From NCBI GenBank assembly GCA_947501605.1, contig CANMWZ010000020.1:1-64000 (forward strand): DNA of 64,000 nt, written 5' to 3'. The notes under the pieces were generated by a model. The model saw only the letters and a list, made by a program, of their open reading frames with translations. It was not told the origin of the DNA and did not search any database. Source of the DNA: Planctomycetota bacterium. Its GTDB lineage: Bacteria; Planctomycetota; UBA1135; UBA2386. Made by a program: the position numbers and the translations under genes. Positions 9,214 to 18,851 of the stretch are shown here, in pieces. Each line of letters begins with the position of its first letter. Positions within the stretch are counted from its first letter, which is position 1.

Positions 9214-11952
9214 TCAGCCGCGCGTGACGACGGTCAAGCGCCGCACCACCGCATTGGGGAACAACGCAGTGTTGAAGAGAATCTGGAAGCGGAAGCCCGT
9301 CGGCAAATCGCTGTTGATGCCGATGCCAAGCGTGTCACCGATGAAGTCGCGCCACTGGCGAATCGTCGCCGGATCCGGCACGCCGATCGAGTTGACGCGA
9401 GCACCCTGGAACTTCACGCGCACCGGACCCAGCGGGTCGTTGGCGGCGCCGATCTGCCCGACTACCGTCGGATCGTCGGAGTAGAGACGATCGGTCACGC
9501 CATCCCCGTCCACGTCGACTTCCATCTCGTAGCGAATCCACTCCGGGGGAAACACGAATCCCGTGGAGCGCCAGATGGAACGGCTACCAGAAGCAGAATC
9601 TCGCTCGTGTCCCGGCAACGTCGCGAGATTGCGGCTCGGATCAAAGGTGGGCACGTTGCTCGCACTAACCACAGACACGGTGCCCAGGGCTTCGAGGCGA
9701 TAGAACCCCGAGGCACCGTTGCCGCCGCGGTTGTCGATATCGAGCGACGTCGTACCGATGTTCGGGACGATGCCGTCCGTGAGACCGCCCACACCGCCGC
9801 TCGCGTTGACGACGCCTTGGATGACAATGTCACGGCTCGCCTGCAGCACTGCCGAACCACCGGAGCCGCCGCCACCGGGAACCGGGATGCCCCAGTGGGT
9901 GCCTGTCGACGCCGACACCGAATCCTGGGTCGGGGTAGCAGGATTGTCACCGTTGTAGACCGCGCCGCGGCCGCCGCGGACTTCCAGGGCGCCGGCTACA
10001 CCGATGCTGATACCGCGACCGCTGCGAATGGCCAGCGCGCCGCCACCACCAGCACCACCGCCACCAGCCTTCCACCGGTCGGCGTTGAATTGCGTCACGC
10101 TGGGTGCAAGGCCGAGGAATGGATGGCTACCACCGCCACCACCGCCCGAGCCGCCGATCAGAAACTGCGCCAACGTGGAGGTCGTCGGAGTCGGCAGCGG
10201 CAACGGGTCGAAGGCACCACCGCCGACCACCGCCGCGGGCGGCAGGATCTGAACGACGTTGGGAACGACCGGCGAGTTGGTCGCCGAACCACCAGCAGCG
10301 AAGAAGCCACCACCGCTGCCACCGAGGCCGACGTTGGAGTTGAACACACCACCACTGCCGTACGTGCTAGGGGGCCCGGTCAGAGAGGAATCGAGGCCAT
10401 GCGCTGGGTGGATTGGAGAACCGCGGCCACCCGACCCGATTGCTGCCGGGGCGTAGGCGTGTCCGGCAGGCAGGCCGAGGTCCAGGCCATTGCGACCGTT
10501 GTTCGCGGGCAATGCGCCGGCGCCAAAGCAGCGATCACCGCCCTGACCACCACGCCCACCACCAGGACCGCCCAAGGAGCCCAACTGACCTGGAACCGGG
10601 TTCAAAGGAACCGTCTGGTTGGTGTTGCGGCAGTTGAACGTGACTTGGTCCTGGCCATTGGCCTGGATGCGACCGTTGATCTCAACCTTGCCGCGGACAT
10701 AGATGCGGACCGGATTGGTGCCGGAAAAGCGCACCGTCGTGCCGGCTGGCACCACGAAGTCGCTGAAGAAGAACTGGCTGTCCGTCACGACGGCGGGCAG
10801 GCCATCAAACGTCTGCGAGCCCGGAATCGTGAAGCCGGAACCAGCTGGGTCACCATCCAGGTTCCACTGATAGATGCCGGCGCCCACATCCACGCCGTTC
10901 AGTGGATTGAACGAACCATGACGGCCGTCACCGCCGAGCGGCGCCGGTCGGGCGCCGTTCGACCACGTGCCGCCGGAGACGTCCGGGTCCATGCGGGTCT
11001 CGTTCAGGAAGGGCTCCGTCAGCAGAGTGTCCGTCGATGCCGAGGCCGCCGTGATGAAGCGGAACGTGATCTCTTCGGCACCGCGGCCCGAAATGTCACG
11101 GACGTCGCTCGTCACCGTGATTTCGACGCATGCGACGCCGGGCAATGCCAGGGTGGGGCGCAGGCTGATTGTGGTGACCGGACGGCCGTTCACATTCTCC
11201 AACTGCACTACGGGCAAGCCCTCCAACTGGATCGCTTCGCTGTCCACGTTGCACTCGCGCACCAAGCTGCCAACGGGCAAGCGCGAGCGGCGCAGCACGT
11301 AGCGGATGGGTGTGCTCGCGCTGATCGGCTGCAGGAAGGCGGTGGAGTCGATGACTTCTGAGAAGCGAATGACGATCGTCGAGTCGATCGGCGCCGCCGT
11401 GAGATTGGCCGGGGCCACGAGCACCGCCCGCGGCGCCGCGGCGTCGGCGTCTTGGATCCCCTGAGTCGCAGTAACCGTGCACGAGAACGACTCGCGCAGC
11501 GTCGCTCCGGAGGAGGACTTCACTCCGAGCGCGCCGCCAACCAACGTGATGACGTAGGCTTGGTTGCGACGGAAGCCGAACGAACTGATCCCGTTCGACA
11601 CCGAGATCAACGGGACAAAGGTCACCGTGCGACCGTCAACCAGGGTGGCACCATCCGGCGACTCCCCTGAGGCAGTTCGGATCGAGAAACTGCCGTTGTT
11701 GACCGACAGGCTATTGATCGACTGGTTGAAGGTGAACCGCAGCGGTTGGTTCTCCGCAATCTGCGTGATCGAGCACGCGGTGCTCGTGCAACCGAGATCA
11801 CACGAGATCACGCAGAAGCTGTCGCCAGACGGGCAGCGGACGGTGGCACCGATGCCCGCGTCGCCCGTCGCCGACGAGCCGCCGGAGCAACCGGCAAAAA
11901 ACATCGCAGACAACCCGCTGAGAACGAGGACCGATCGCTTGAACAGGCTCAT
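9214..11952 (-). CDS. Large surface lipoprotein with a Cys cluster, two SbsA/Big_5-type Ig-like domains and a glycine-rich C-terminal region (paralog B)
   Basis: Lipobox MSLFKRSVLVLSGLSAMFFAG-C, Ig-like motifs LRFTFNQSI and IVIRFSEVID..VTSDVRDISG, many GGxGG runs. Confidence 0.8.
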   Translation of the reverse strand: MSLFKRSVLVLSGLSAMFFAGCSGGSSATGDAGIGATVRCPSGDSFCVISCDLGCTSTACSITQIAENQPLRFTFNQSINSLSVNNGSFSIRTASGESPDGATLVDGRTVTFVPLISVSNGISSFGFRRNQAYVITLVGGALGVKSSSGATLRESFSCTVTATQGIQDADAAAPRAVLVAPANLTAAPIDSTIVIRFSEVIDSTAFLQPISASTPIRYVLRRSRLPVGSLVRECNVDSEAIQLEGLPVVQLENVNGRPVTTISLRPTLALPGVACVEITVTSDVRDISGRGAEEITFRFITAASASTDTLLTEPFLNETRMDPDVSGGTWSNGARPAPLGGDGRHGSFNPLNGVDVGAGIYQWNLDGDPAGSGFTIPGSQTFDGLPAVVTDSQFFFSDFVVPAGTTVRFSGTNPVRIYVRGKVEINGRIQANGQDQVTFNCRNTNQTVPLNPVPGQLGSLGGPGGGRGGQGGDRCFGAGALPANNGRNGLDLGLPAGHAYAPAAIGSGGRGSPIHPAHGLDSSLTGPPSTYGSGGVFNSNVGLGGSGGGFFAAGGSATNSPVVPNVVQILPPAAVVGGGAFDPLPLPTPTTSTLAQFLIGGSGGGGGGSHPFLGLAPSVTQFNADRWKAGGGGAGGGGALAIRSGRGISIGVAGALEVRGGRGAVYNGDNPATPTQDSVSASTGTHWGIPVPGGGGSGGSAVLQASRDIVIQGVVNASGGVGGLTDGIVPNIGTTSLDIDNRGGNGASGFYRLEALGTVSVVSASNVPTFDPSRNLATLPGHERDSASGSRSIWRSTGFVFPPEWIRYEMEVDVDGDGVTDRLYSDDPTVVGQIGAANDPLGPVRVKFQGARVNSIGVPDPATIRQWRDFIGDTLGIGINSDLPTGFRFQILFNTALFPNAVVRRLTVVTRG

Positions 11953-11996
11953 GGGCAGAGTAGAGGGTGTTGGAACAGGCGTAGCGACGAGGCGAT

Positions 11997-12026
11997 TGTC
12001 TGAGCAAGAAGTGTCTGAGCAAGAAG
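11997..12026. repeat. Perfect 15-bp tandem duplication (TGTCTGAGCAAGAAG x2) in the spacer between the two lipoprotein genes
   Basis: Read directly: 11997-12011 equals 12012-12026. Confidence 0.9.
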
Positions 12027-12035
12027 GCAGCGACA

Positions 12036-14711
12036 TCACGACTGGTAGATGACCTTGACGCTGTCGATGACGACGTCCGAAATGGTCGCGCGATCGAGAA
12101 TGAGCTGGAAGCGGAACGCGTTGCGCCCATCGACTGCGAGGCTGCCCGGGCCGAAACCGACGGACGGACGCCACGGGCGGTTGAGCAAATCGATCGGATC
12201 GACGAGGCCGGTCTGGAGGTCCATGCGGACGCCCTGCCACCAGACTTCGAGTGGGCCCGAACCGGGTCGAGCCGCGGCGCCAACGCTTGGATCGTCGCTG
12301 AAGACGACCGGCTGGCCGTTGATCCGGGCGCGAATCTCGTAGCGGACGAACTCCGGGCCGAAGGGCAACCCGGTCGAATAGAACACGGACTGGAACGCCA
12401 CGCGCGTGTCGGTGTCTCGAAGCAAACCAACGCTGTCAGCCGTGGCAGAAGGCAGTGCATTCGGCAACTGGGACACGCTCGGCGTGCCGAGCACTTCAAG
12501 GCGTGCGACACCGGCGCCACCAGCACCACCTTCGCAGACAACGGCACCGCCGCCGGGAGCTGCAGTTGGAAGCGTGGCACGCGCAAGACGACCACCCTGG
12601 CCGCCGCGAACATCCACGGTGCCAAGGATGCTGGCACTACCGCTCGTTTGCAGCAGGATGCTGCCACCCGAACCGCCACCGCCCGGCGCCGCTTGGGCGA
12701 CGGCCGTCTGGGTCGACGGCGAGTTCCCGCAACTTCCACCGGCGGCCGAGAGGCGGCCGGACGAGCCGAGTTCCAGAACACGACCGGCGCGCAGCGCCAT
12801 CGTGCCGCCGCCACCGCCACCGCCACAGCCGGGGGCCCAGTTGCCCGTGCTGGCCAGCGCCAGAGTCTTGTTCATCAACACTGCGTGGCTGCCGCCACCG
12901 CCGCCGCCCGATCCACCGACCAGGTAGTGCAGCAGACTCTGGGCGCCTACCGGCACAGTGAGCACCGGGAACGCCACCCCGCCAACCGCATCTGGACCGA
13001 GGAAGTCGAGGCGCGTTTGTCCCAGGTTCACCGGATCGGCCTGGTTGGACACGGCACGGCCCGTTCCGCCGGCACTGACGAGGCCACCACCACCACCACC
13101 AGCCGTCGACTGCAGGACGTAGTCCGTTCGCGTTGCGAGCACCGGCGGGAAGACCAGGCTGGTCTTGAGGCCATCGAGTGGGAACGCGCGAGAACCGCGG
13201 CCGCCGGTGTTCCCAGTTAGGGCTTGGTACGCATGGCCCGTGGCCACGCGCACGTCGGCGCCGTTGCCACCCTGGTTTTGAGTTTGCGCCCCCAAGCCGA
13301 TACAGCGACTTGCACCCAGACCACCAGCACCGCCGCCGATTCCGGCGCGGCCGCCTGGCTGACCCGGCAGCGAAGTTAGGTTGCTGCTCTCAAAGTATGG
13401 CAGCGATTCCCCGCTGACTTCGATCGCGCCCTGGATCTGCAAGCGGCCGCGCACCGCGATCTGCGGCGCCACCGTTCCGGTGAAGACCAAGCGGACATCC
13501 GCTGGGATCACCATCACGGAGAAGAAGAACCTGCCGTCGATGATCGTGGTCGCAATGCCAGAAACCGTGTTGGAACCCGGAATCGTCGTGTTGTTCGCAT
13601 TCAGCTCGAACACCCGAGTGCTGCCCTGGTTGGCCAACTGCGTCGCGAGGGACAGGCTGAACGGGCCATGCCGCCCGTCGCCGCCCACCTGAGAAAACGT
13701 AGCCACACCGCCCGCCCACGCACCAGCCGAAGCGTTGACATCCAAGTTCGCCTCGTTGTCGAACTCCTCGAGCACGAAACGCTCGGTCTGTGCGGCACTC
13801 TGGGTGCGGAACTCGAAGGTCTGCGGCTCAGCCGAACGGCCGGACAGGTCCTGCACCCGGTCGGTGACTGTGATCGTCACGCACGAGTTGGTCGGCAACG
13901 CGGACTGGGGCGTGAACGTCACCACCGCCGACGGGCCAGCCGGAATGAGATCAACCCGCACAGAACCCGCCAACGGCGAGGTCTCGGGGCTGCAGATGCG
14001 GGTGTCGCCCGATCGGATCGTCCGCGCAACCGAGAACACGACAGGGTTGTTGTTGCCCGTGGCGTTGTTGAACGGCGTCGCATCGATGAGCTCGTTGAAG
14101 CGCAGCTGGATCAACGAATCGAGCGGCACTTCGGTCAACGCGACGGGCGTCACCAACTCGGCACTGGGCGGCACACCGTTCAGATCGATGATCCCGCGCG
14201 TGACCCGCAGCGTGCACTGCACTTGGTTCAGCAGCGGATCTCCTGCCGTGGACCGCACGGTGTCCGCGCCGCCGCCGCCGTTGATGCGCATCGTGTAGGT
14301 CTCGCTCGCCTGGAAGCCGAAGAAGCTCTGCGAGCCAACGGTCAACACCTCGGGCACGAACTCAACGATGCTGCCGTTCACCAAAAAACGGCCGACGGGC
14401 GCGTCGCCCGTCGCGGTGCGGAACTGGATCGTCGCCGATGTGACCGTCGACGGATCCATCGGCTGACTGAAGCGCAGCACGATGTTCTCGTTCTGGGCGA
14501 TGTCGGTGAGTTCGCAACTCGAACCGCGACACGCAAGGCTGCATGCCTCGAGGCAGACAAAGTCCGCTGCGGCATCGCCGCAGAGGCTGTTCACGCGAAC
14601 AGAAGCAGGGCTGCCGCCAGAGCAACTAACCAAGCCGCCGAGAGCAGCGAGGAGGAATGCGCTGGCGATGGACCTTCCAGAGGCCAGGGTGCCGGGGAGT
14701 CGGGATTGCAT
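12036..14711 (-). CDS. Large surface lipoprotein with a Cys cluster, two Ig-like domains and a glycine-rich region (paralog A)
   Basis: Lipobox ..FLLAALGGLVS-C, IVLRFSQPMD, IQLRFNELID..VTDRVQDLSG, GGDGRHG, colinear similarity to 9214-11952. Confidence 0.8.
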   Translation of the reverse strand: MQSRLPGTLASGRSIASAFLLAALGGLVSCSGGSPASVRVNSLCGDAAADFVCLEACSLACRGSSCELTDIAQNENIVLRFSQPMDPSTVTSATIQFRTATGDAPVGRFLVNGSIVEFVPEVLTVGSQSFFGFQASETYTMRINGGGGADTVRSTAGDPLLNQVQCTLRVTRGIIDLNGVPPSAELVTPVALTEVPLDSLIQLRFNELIDATPFNNATGNNNPVVFSVARTIRSGDTRICSPETSPLAGSVRVDLIPAGPSAVVTFTPQSALPTNSCVTITVTDRVQDLSGRSAEPQTFEFRTQSAAQTERFVLEEFDNEANLDVNASAGAWAGGVATFSQVGGDGRHGPFSLSLATQLANQGSTRVFELNANNTTIPGSNTVSGIATTIIDGRFFFSVMVIPADVRLVFTGTVAPQIAVRGRLQIQGAIEVSGESLPYFESSNLTSLPGQPGGRAGIGGGAGGLGASRCIGLGAQTQNQGGNGADVRVATGHAYQALTGNTGGRGSRAFPLDGLKTSLVFPPVLATRTDYVLQSTAGGGGGGLVSAGGTGRAVSNQADPVNLGQTRLDFLGPDAVGGVAFPVLTVPVGAQSLLHYLVGGSGGGGGGSHAVLMNKTLALASTGNWAPGCGGGGGGGTMALRAGRVLELGSSGRLSAAGGSCGNSPSTQTAVAQAAPGGGGSGGSILLQTSGSASILGTVDVRGGQGGRLARATLPTAAPGGGAVVCEGGAGGAGVARLEVLGTPSVSQLPNALPSATADSVGLLRDTDTRVAFQSVFYSTGLPFGPEFVRYEIRARINGQPVVFSDDPSVGAAARPGSGPLEVWWQGVRMDLQTGLVDPIDLLNRPWRPSVGFGPGSLAVDGRNAFRFQLILDRATISDVVIDSVKVIYQS

Positions 14712-15232
14712 CGAGTGCCTCGAAATCCGTATCGACAAGGGACTAGGGTTGCCGCGCAAAACCGTGGCCGGATGGGAGCCGTTCACGGTGGAGAGGGGTT
14801 GCGCATGCTAGCAGAAACAGTTCGCTCACGGCCAGTTCCAGAACTCTGGTAGGGCCGCAGGCGGTGCACCGTACGCCCGTTCGGGGCTGACTGGAAGAGT
14901 TGTCGTGCGTACGTGGCATGCCAATTCAGGGAAGGATACTGCGCGTTCGGGTGCGGGGTTGAGGAGCGACGGCCGGCGACCGCGGTCAAGTTCCATGCCG
15001 CTCGGAGCCAGGACCGCAAGCCGTTCGCCAGAAACGTCGCCCATGCGCCGGTGCGACTGCGAGTTCGAAGTTGCGGCGCCGGGCGCAGCCCAGGCTCGAA
15101 CTCCGCCGCGAAGTGCGGGTTCGCGCAGCATCCCCGCGCCGCCGTTCGACATCGAACAGGTGAGAGCGCCGGCCCCGCTCCGGGCCAAGCGGCCGTGACC
15201 ATGCACCCCTACTGCGGCTAGCCTGCGCCAAC

Positions 15233-16324
15233 ATGACGCTGCCCAAGTTCCTGTCCGGCACCTACATCATCGCGACGGCCGTCCTCGCCTTCGTCGGCTA
15301 CGAACTCGCAGCCCTGAATGCTCGGCTGGCGCGCAGCGAAGCCGCGGCAGCCGAGCGCGGCGACCGGATTGCCGTTCAACTGGAAGCGCAGGCGGCGGAG
15401 TTGGTCATCACCACACGCGAACTGAGTCGCATGCGCATCGAACAGCGGGTCGGTGGCCAGGGCCCGCAAGCACTGCTGCAGATGCTGAAGTCGTGTGCCG
15501 CGACCTTGATTGACGCACGAGCCACGCAGCCCGATTTCCAGAGTGCCCAGGAACAAATGAAGGCGGTGCTTCGCGGCTTCGCCTCGCTTGGCGAGGATGC
15601 CGTTGGTCCGCTGCGTCGGCGCTTCGACGAACTGCAACCGAAGACGGACTTCGATGAACTCCGCTGGGTGATGGAAGCCCTGGTGCAAAGCGACAAGGAG
15701 AAGGGCATGCAGACTGTGGCCCAGGTCCTCGAAGGCACCCAGAAGCCGAGCCCCCGCTTGCGCTGGGCGGCCGCGGATCTGCTGACGCGAACGGACAGGG
15801 AGCTCGCACGCCGCACGCTGCGCAAGATTCTCCGAACCGAGACGAGTCGCGGCGTCGACCCAGACCGCGCGGCAAGCTACGGCGCGTCGATCCCCGACCC
15901 CGCGGCGGTTGCAGCGACCGGCTTCTTCAACTTCATCACTCACTACCTTCGCACCGAGGATCCCGAAGCGGAGGAGACGCTGCTGCAAGTCTTGATGCGG
16001 GCCGACCAGGACGTCGCCACGCTGCAGGAAGCCATCGAGTCCCTCGGAACGATGCGCTCGGCGCGGGCCAGCAAGCGGATCGAAGAGCTCTATTTGCGAC
16101 CGCCGGGTGCCTCGCAAAACGCCCTGTTCCTCAACAAGTGCCTCGACGCGCTGGTGGCGATTCGCGGCCAGGACGCCAAGCCCTGGCTGCTGCAACAACT
16201 GGCAGGGGCCGAGCACGAACTCGTCGTGCAGCACCTCGACCGACTGATCAAGAGCCTCGACCAACCACATAGCGCAGAGGCCTCCACTCCCGGCACGAAG
16301 GGCCCGGCCAGCGACGGGAAGTGA
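15233..16324 (+). CDS. Membrane-anchored hypothetical protein with coiled coil and HEAT-like helical repeats
   Basis: N-terminal TM, helical units such as PRLRWAAADLL, LQEAIESLGTM, LNKCLDALVAI; stop overlaps the tatD start. Confidence 0.65.
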   Translation: MTLPKFLSGTYIIATAVLAFVGYELAALNARLARSEAAAAERGDRIAVQLEAQAAELVITTRELSRMRIEQRVGGQGPQALLQMLKSCAATLIDARATQPDFQSAQEQMKAVLRGFASLGEDAVGPLRRRFDELQPKTDFDELRWVMEALVQSDKEKGMQTVAQVLEGTQKPSPRLRWAAADLLTRTDRELARRTLRKILRTETSRGVDPDRAASYGASIPDPAAVAATGFFNFITHYLRTEDPEAEETLLQVLMRADQDVATLQEAIESLGTMRSARASKRIEELYLRPPGASQNALFLNKCLDALVAIRGQDAKPWLLQQLAGAEHELVVQHLDRLIKSLDQPHSAEASTPGTKGPASDGK

Positions 16325-17103
16325 CGACGCCGATGCGCGCGTTCGACACCCACTGCCACCTCGGCCTCGACGACCAAGGAGATCCACAGCAAGAACACGC
16401 GCGCGCCGTCACCGCCGGCGTCACCGACTTCGTGCTGGTCGGCATCGATGTAGCAACCTCGATGGCCGCTCGAGATCTTGCCCGCACGCTGCCAGGAGCA
16501 CGGTGGAGCGCAGGGCTCCACCCCAACTCTGCTGGACACTTCCCCGCTGAGTGGGACGCGATCGCGGCGTTGGCGCGCGAAGCGGACTGCGTCGCGCTCG
16601 GCGAGACGGGACTCGACTTCTACCGCGATCGCGCGAGCCTCGCAGACCAGGAGCGCTCTCTCCGTGCGCACCTCGATCTGGCCACAGAGTCCGGGCTGCC
16701 GCTGATCTTTCACTGCCGCGACGCAATGGCGCCGCTGCTCCAACTCTTGGCCGCCCGGGCGCCCGTGCGCGGTGTGATGCACTGCTTCTCGGGCACCCGC
16801 GATGAGGCGCTGCGAGCTGTCGAACTGGGGCTCTTCGTGTCGTTCGCGGCGCCGATCACCTACCCGAAGAACTCGATGCTTCGCGAGGCTGCGACCGCAG
16901 TACCGCAGGATCGGCTCTTGGTGGAGACCGACGCGCCCTTCCTGCCGCCCCAGGGCAAGCGAGGCCAGCGCAATGAGCCAGCATGGCTACTCGAGACCCT
17001 TCGCACCGTGGCGGCACTGCGCGGTTGGGACCTCGATTACACAGCGGCGGTAACCCATCGAAATGCCTGTTCGCTGTTTCAGCGCCGCGAAGCCGCGGAG
17101 TAG
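16321..17103 (+). CDS. tatD: TatD family hydrolase
   Basis: DTHCHL, GLHP, LGETGLDFY, FHCRDA, GVMHCFSG, LLVETDAPFL, RNEPA. Confidence 0.95.
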   Translation: MTTPMRAFDTHCHLGLDDQGDPQQEHARAVTAGVTDFVLVGIDVATSMAARDLARTLPGARWSAGLHPNSAGHFPAEWDAIAALAREADCVALGETGLDFYRDRASLADQERSLRAHLDLATESGLPLIFHCRDAMAPLLQLLAARAPVRGVMHCFSGTRDEALRAVELGLFVSFAAPITYPKNSMLREAATAVPQDRLLVETDAPFLPPQGKRGQRNEPAWLLETLRTVAALRGWDLDYTAAVTHRNACSLFQRREAAE

Positions 17104-17115
17104 CGCCACATAAAT

Positions 17116-17149
17116 GCAGAAGGGCCGCCCGTTGGGGCGACCCTCCTGC
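17116..17149 (-). terminator. Stem-loop between convergent tatD and pilin genes, probable terminator for the pilin transcript
   Basis: Minus strand GCAGGAGGGTCGCCC-CAAC-GGGCGGCCCTTCTGC pairs fully with two G-U wobbles, followed by ATTTAT. Confidence 0.6.
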
Positions 17150-17183
17150 GCACAGTCGTGCGTGATTGATCCGGCGAACCGGA

Positions 17184-17933
17184 TCAGTTCACGACCGTCC
17201 AGGTCTCGCCGTCGGTGCCGACCACGTTCGAGGCCACGCCGGCAGCCATGCCAGTCGCAACGCTCGTGGGGTCAAACGCCGCCGTGAACGCCGGGGCCGG
17301 CTGGCCCGGCGCGCCGTACTGGGAGGTCGTGTTCTTGCTCGACAGAACGTCACCGCTCTGGTTGATGAAGAACGTGCGCTTGCCCGAGTTGCCGAACGAG
17401 CTCGGCCACGCGTAGCAGCACCACAGAACTTCGGCCTGGCCAGCGGCGATCGTCACACCGCTGCCGCCACCCGTGGCGTTCTCCGCGACACCATCCGACG
17501 CCGCGTCCGGGAGGTACATCTGGAAGATGTAGCCCGAGCGCGTGACAGTGCTGTTCGCGACGTTGCCGAACGCGTTGCTCAGCACCGGCGGGGTGATCTG
17601 ATCGGCGCCAACGCCACCAGCCTCGTCATTGCGGACGGCATCGGCGCCCGAGAGCTCGCCGAAGAAGCCGTACTCGCCCTGGCCGTTGGTGTTGCAGTCG
17701 ATCACGCCCGACGCCTGGCACTGGGCCTGGGCGGACGAGATGTTCTTCAGCGTCGCGATCGCAGCCGATTCATTGGCATTGAGGCGAGCGCTGAGGAGGT
17801 TCGGAATCGCAATGGATGCGATAATGGCGATGATCGCCACGACGATCATCAGCTCGATGAGCGTAAAGCCCTGTTGGCGCTTATTCATGTTGTTTCCCTG
17901 ATTGCCCTGTTGTTGAGGGAGCATTGCTCCCAT
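17184..17933 (-). CDS. pilA: Type IV pilin with prepilin cleavage/methylation motif and DUF2950-like C-terminus
   Basis: QQG/FTLIELMIVVAIIAIIASIAIPNL, ANESAAIATLK, YAWPSSFGNSGKRTFFINQSGDV; starts possible at 17933 (AAGGAG SD) or 17888. Confidence 0.88.
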   Translation of the reverse strand: MGAMLPQQQGNQGNNMNKRQQGFTLIELMIVVAIIAIIASIAIPNLLSARLNANESAAIATLKNISSAQAQCQASGVIDCNTNGQGEYGFFGELSGADAVRNDEAGGVGADQITPPVLSNAFGNVANSTVTRSGYIFQMYLPDAASDGVAENATGGGSGVTIAAGQAEVLWCCYAWPSSFGNSGKRTFFINQSGDVLSSKNTTSQYGAPGQPAPAFTAAFDPTSVATGMAAGVASNVVGTDGETWTVVN

Positions 17934-17960
17934 GTAACTCTCCTTCCTGGACCGCACCAA

Positions 17961-18839
17961 TCAGCGACCAGGTGTCGCCGACATCGGTTCGGTCAGTCGC
18001 AAGAAGCGCGCATCTTCGGCTATCGCCTGCCAGGCAGTTGGCTCCTCGCGGAGCAACCGCCTCATCTCGGCAGGCGCAAGCCTGGCTGCGCGTTCCAGCA
18101 ACTGCCAGCAGCTATCGGCGTCGCCTTTGGCCAACTTGAGGAGCGCGAGGTGTGCGTCTGCGATCGGGACGCGCACAGCCGCCGCCACAAGCGCCGACTC
18201 CGCGGCCTCGATGTCGCCCATGCTCGCATACAGCCTTCCTGCTGCGATCCATGCCACTGGAGCGTCCGCTGCTCGCACCTGCTCCAGGAGCTTCTTGGCC
18301 TCACCGTCTCGGGCCAGCGCGTGCAGCAGTTCGCTCCGCTCCAATAGACACGGAATCTGATAGGCCGCGGCAAACTCCGTTTGCGCGCCTTCGAGAAGCT
18401 CCAGAGCCTCGACGCGCGCACCCGCCAGGGCCTGCATGCGCGCCTCGTTGAAAGCGAGAACGTCGCGTTGCTCAATACTGCAGTCCGGCATCAGGCGCGC
18501 ACGTCGGTAGCACTTTGCTGCCTCGCGTGGATTGCCCCGGAGATGCCAAAGGAATCCATCGAACTCGAGCAATAGAGGTGAATCCGGCTCCTGCTGACGC
18601 GCCAGCTCCAAGTCGCAGCTCGCGGCGTCGAGCAGCTCGACGTGGGCAGCAACAGCCTGCCCGTCGCGGTCGTGCGCTGGGATACCATGCGCAAGTCGAA
18701 GTTGCGCGTCGACCCCGCGAAGCAGCTGCAAGAAATCGGCGGGCGCTTCGTAGCCGAAACGAAGCCAAAGGAGAGCGCCCAGGATCGGCGCCGCGCTGCC
18801 GTAAAGCAGTGCGCGCCGCAGCGATTTCGACATCGTCAT
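17961..18839 (-). CDS. Membrane-anchored TPR-like protein within the pil locus
   Basis: N-terminal TM, Ala/Leu-rich helical repeats (GNPREAAKCYRRA, GDIEAAESAL), sits between pilC and the pilin. Confidence 0.6.
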   Translation of the reverse strand: MTMSKSLRRALLYGSAAPILGALLWLRFGYEAPADFLQLLRGVDAQLRLAHGIPAHDRDGQAVAAHVELLDAASCDLELARQQEPDSPLLLEFDGFLWHLRGNPREAAKCYRRARLMPDCSIEQRDVLAFNEARMQALAGARVEALELLEGAQTEFAAAYQIPCLLERSELLHALARDGEAKKLLEQVRAADAPVAWIAAGRLYASMGDIEAAESALVAAAVRVPIADAHLALLKLAKGDADSCWQLLERAARLAPAEMRRLLREEPTAWQAIAEDARFLRLTEPMSATPGR

Positions 18840-18851
18840 GGGGAGTGCCGC

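Noticed and set aside
8827..11361. 844-aa antisense ORF, and similar ones at 4117-5982, 31059-32903, 35027-37633 and 40170-42353
   Set aside because: These are antisense shadows of real genes, expected with high-GC codon bias; no motifs and abnormal composition.
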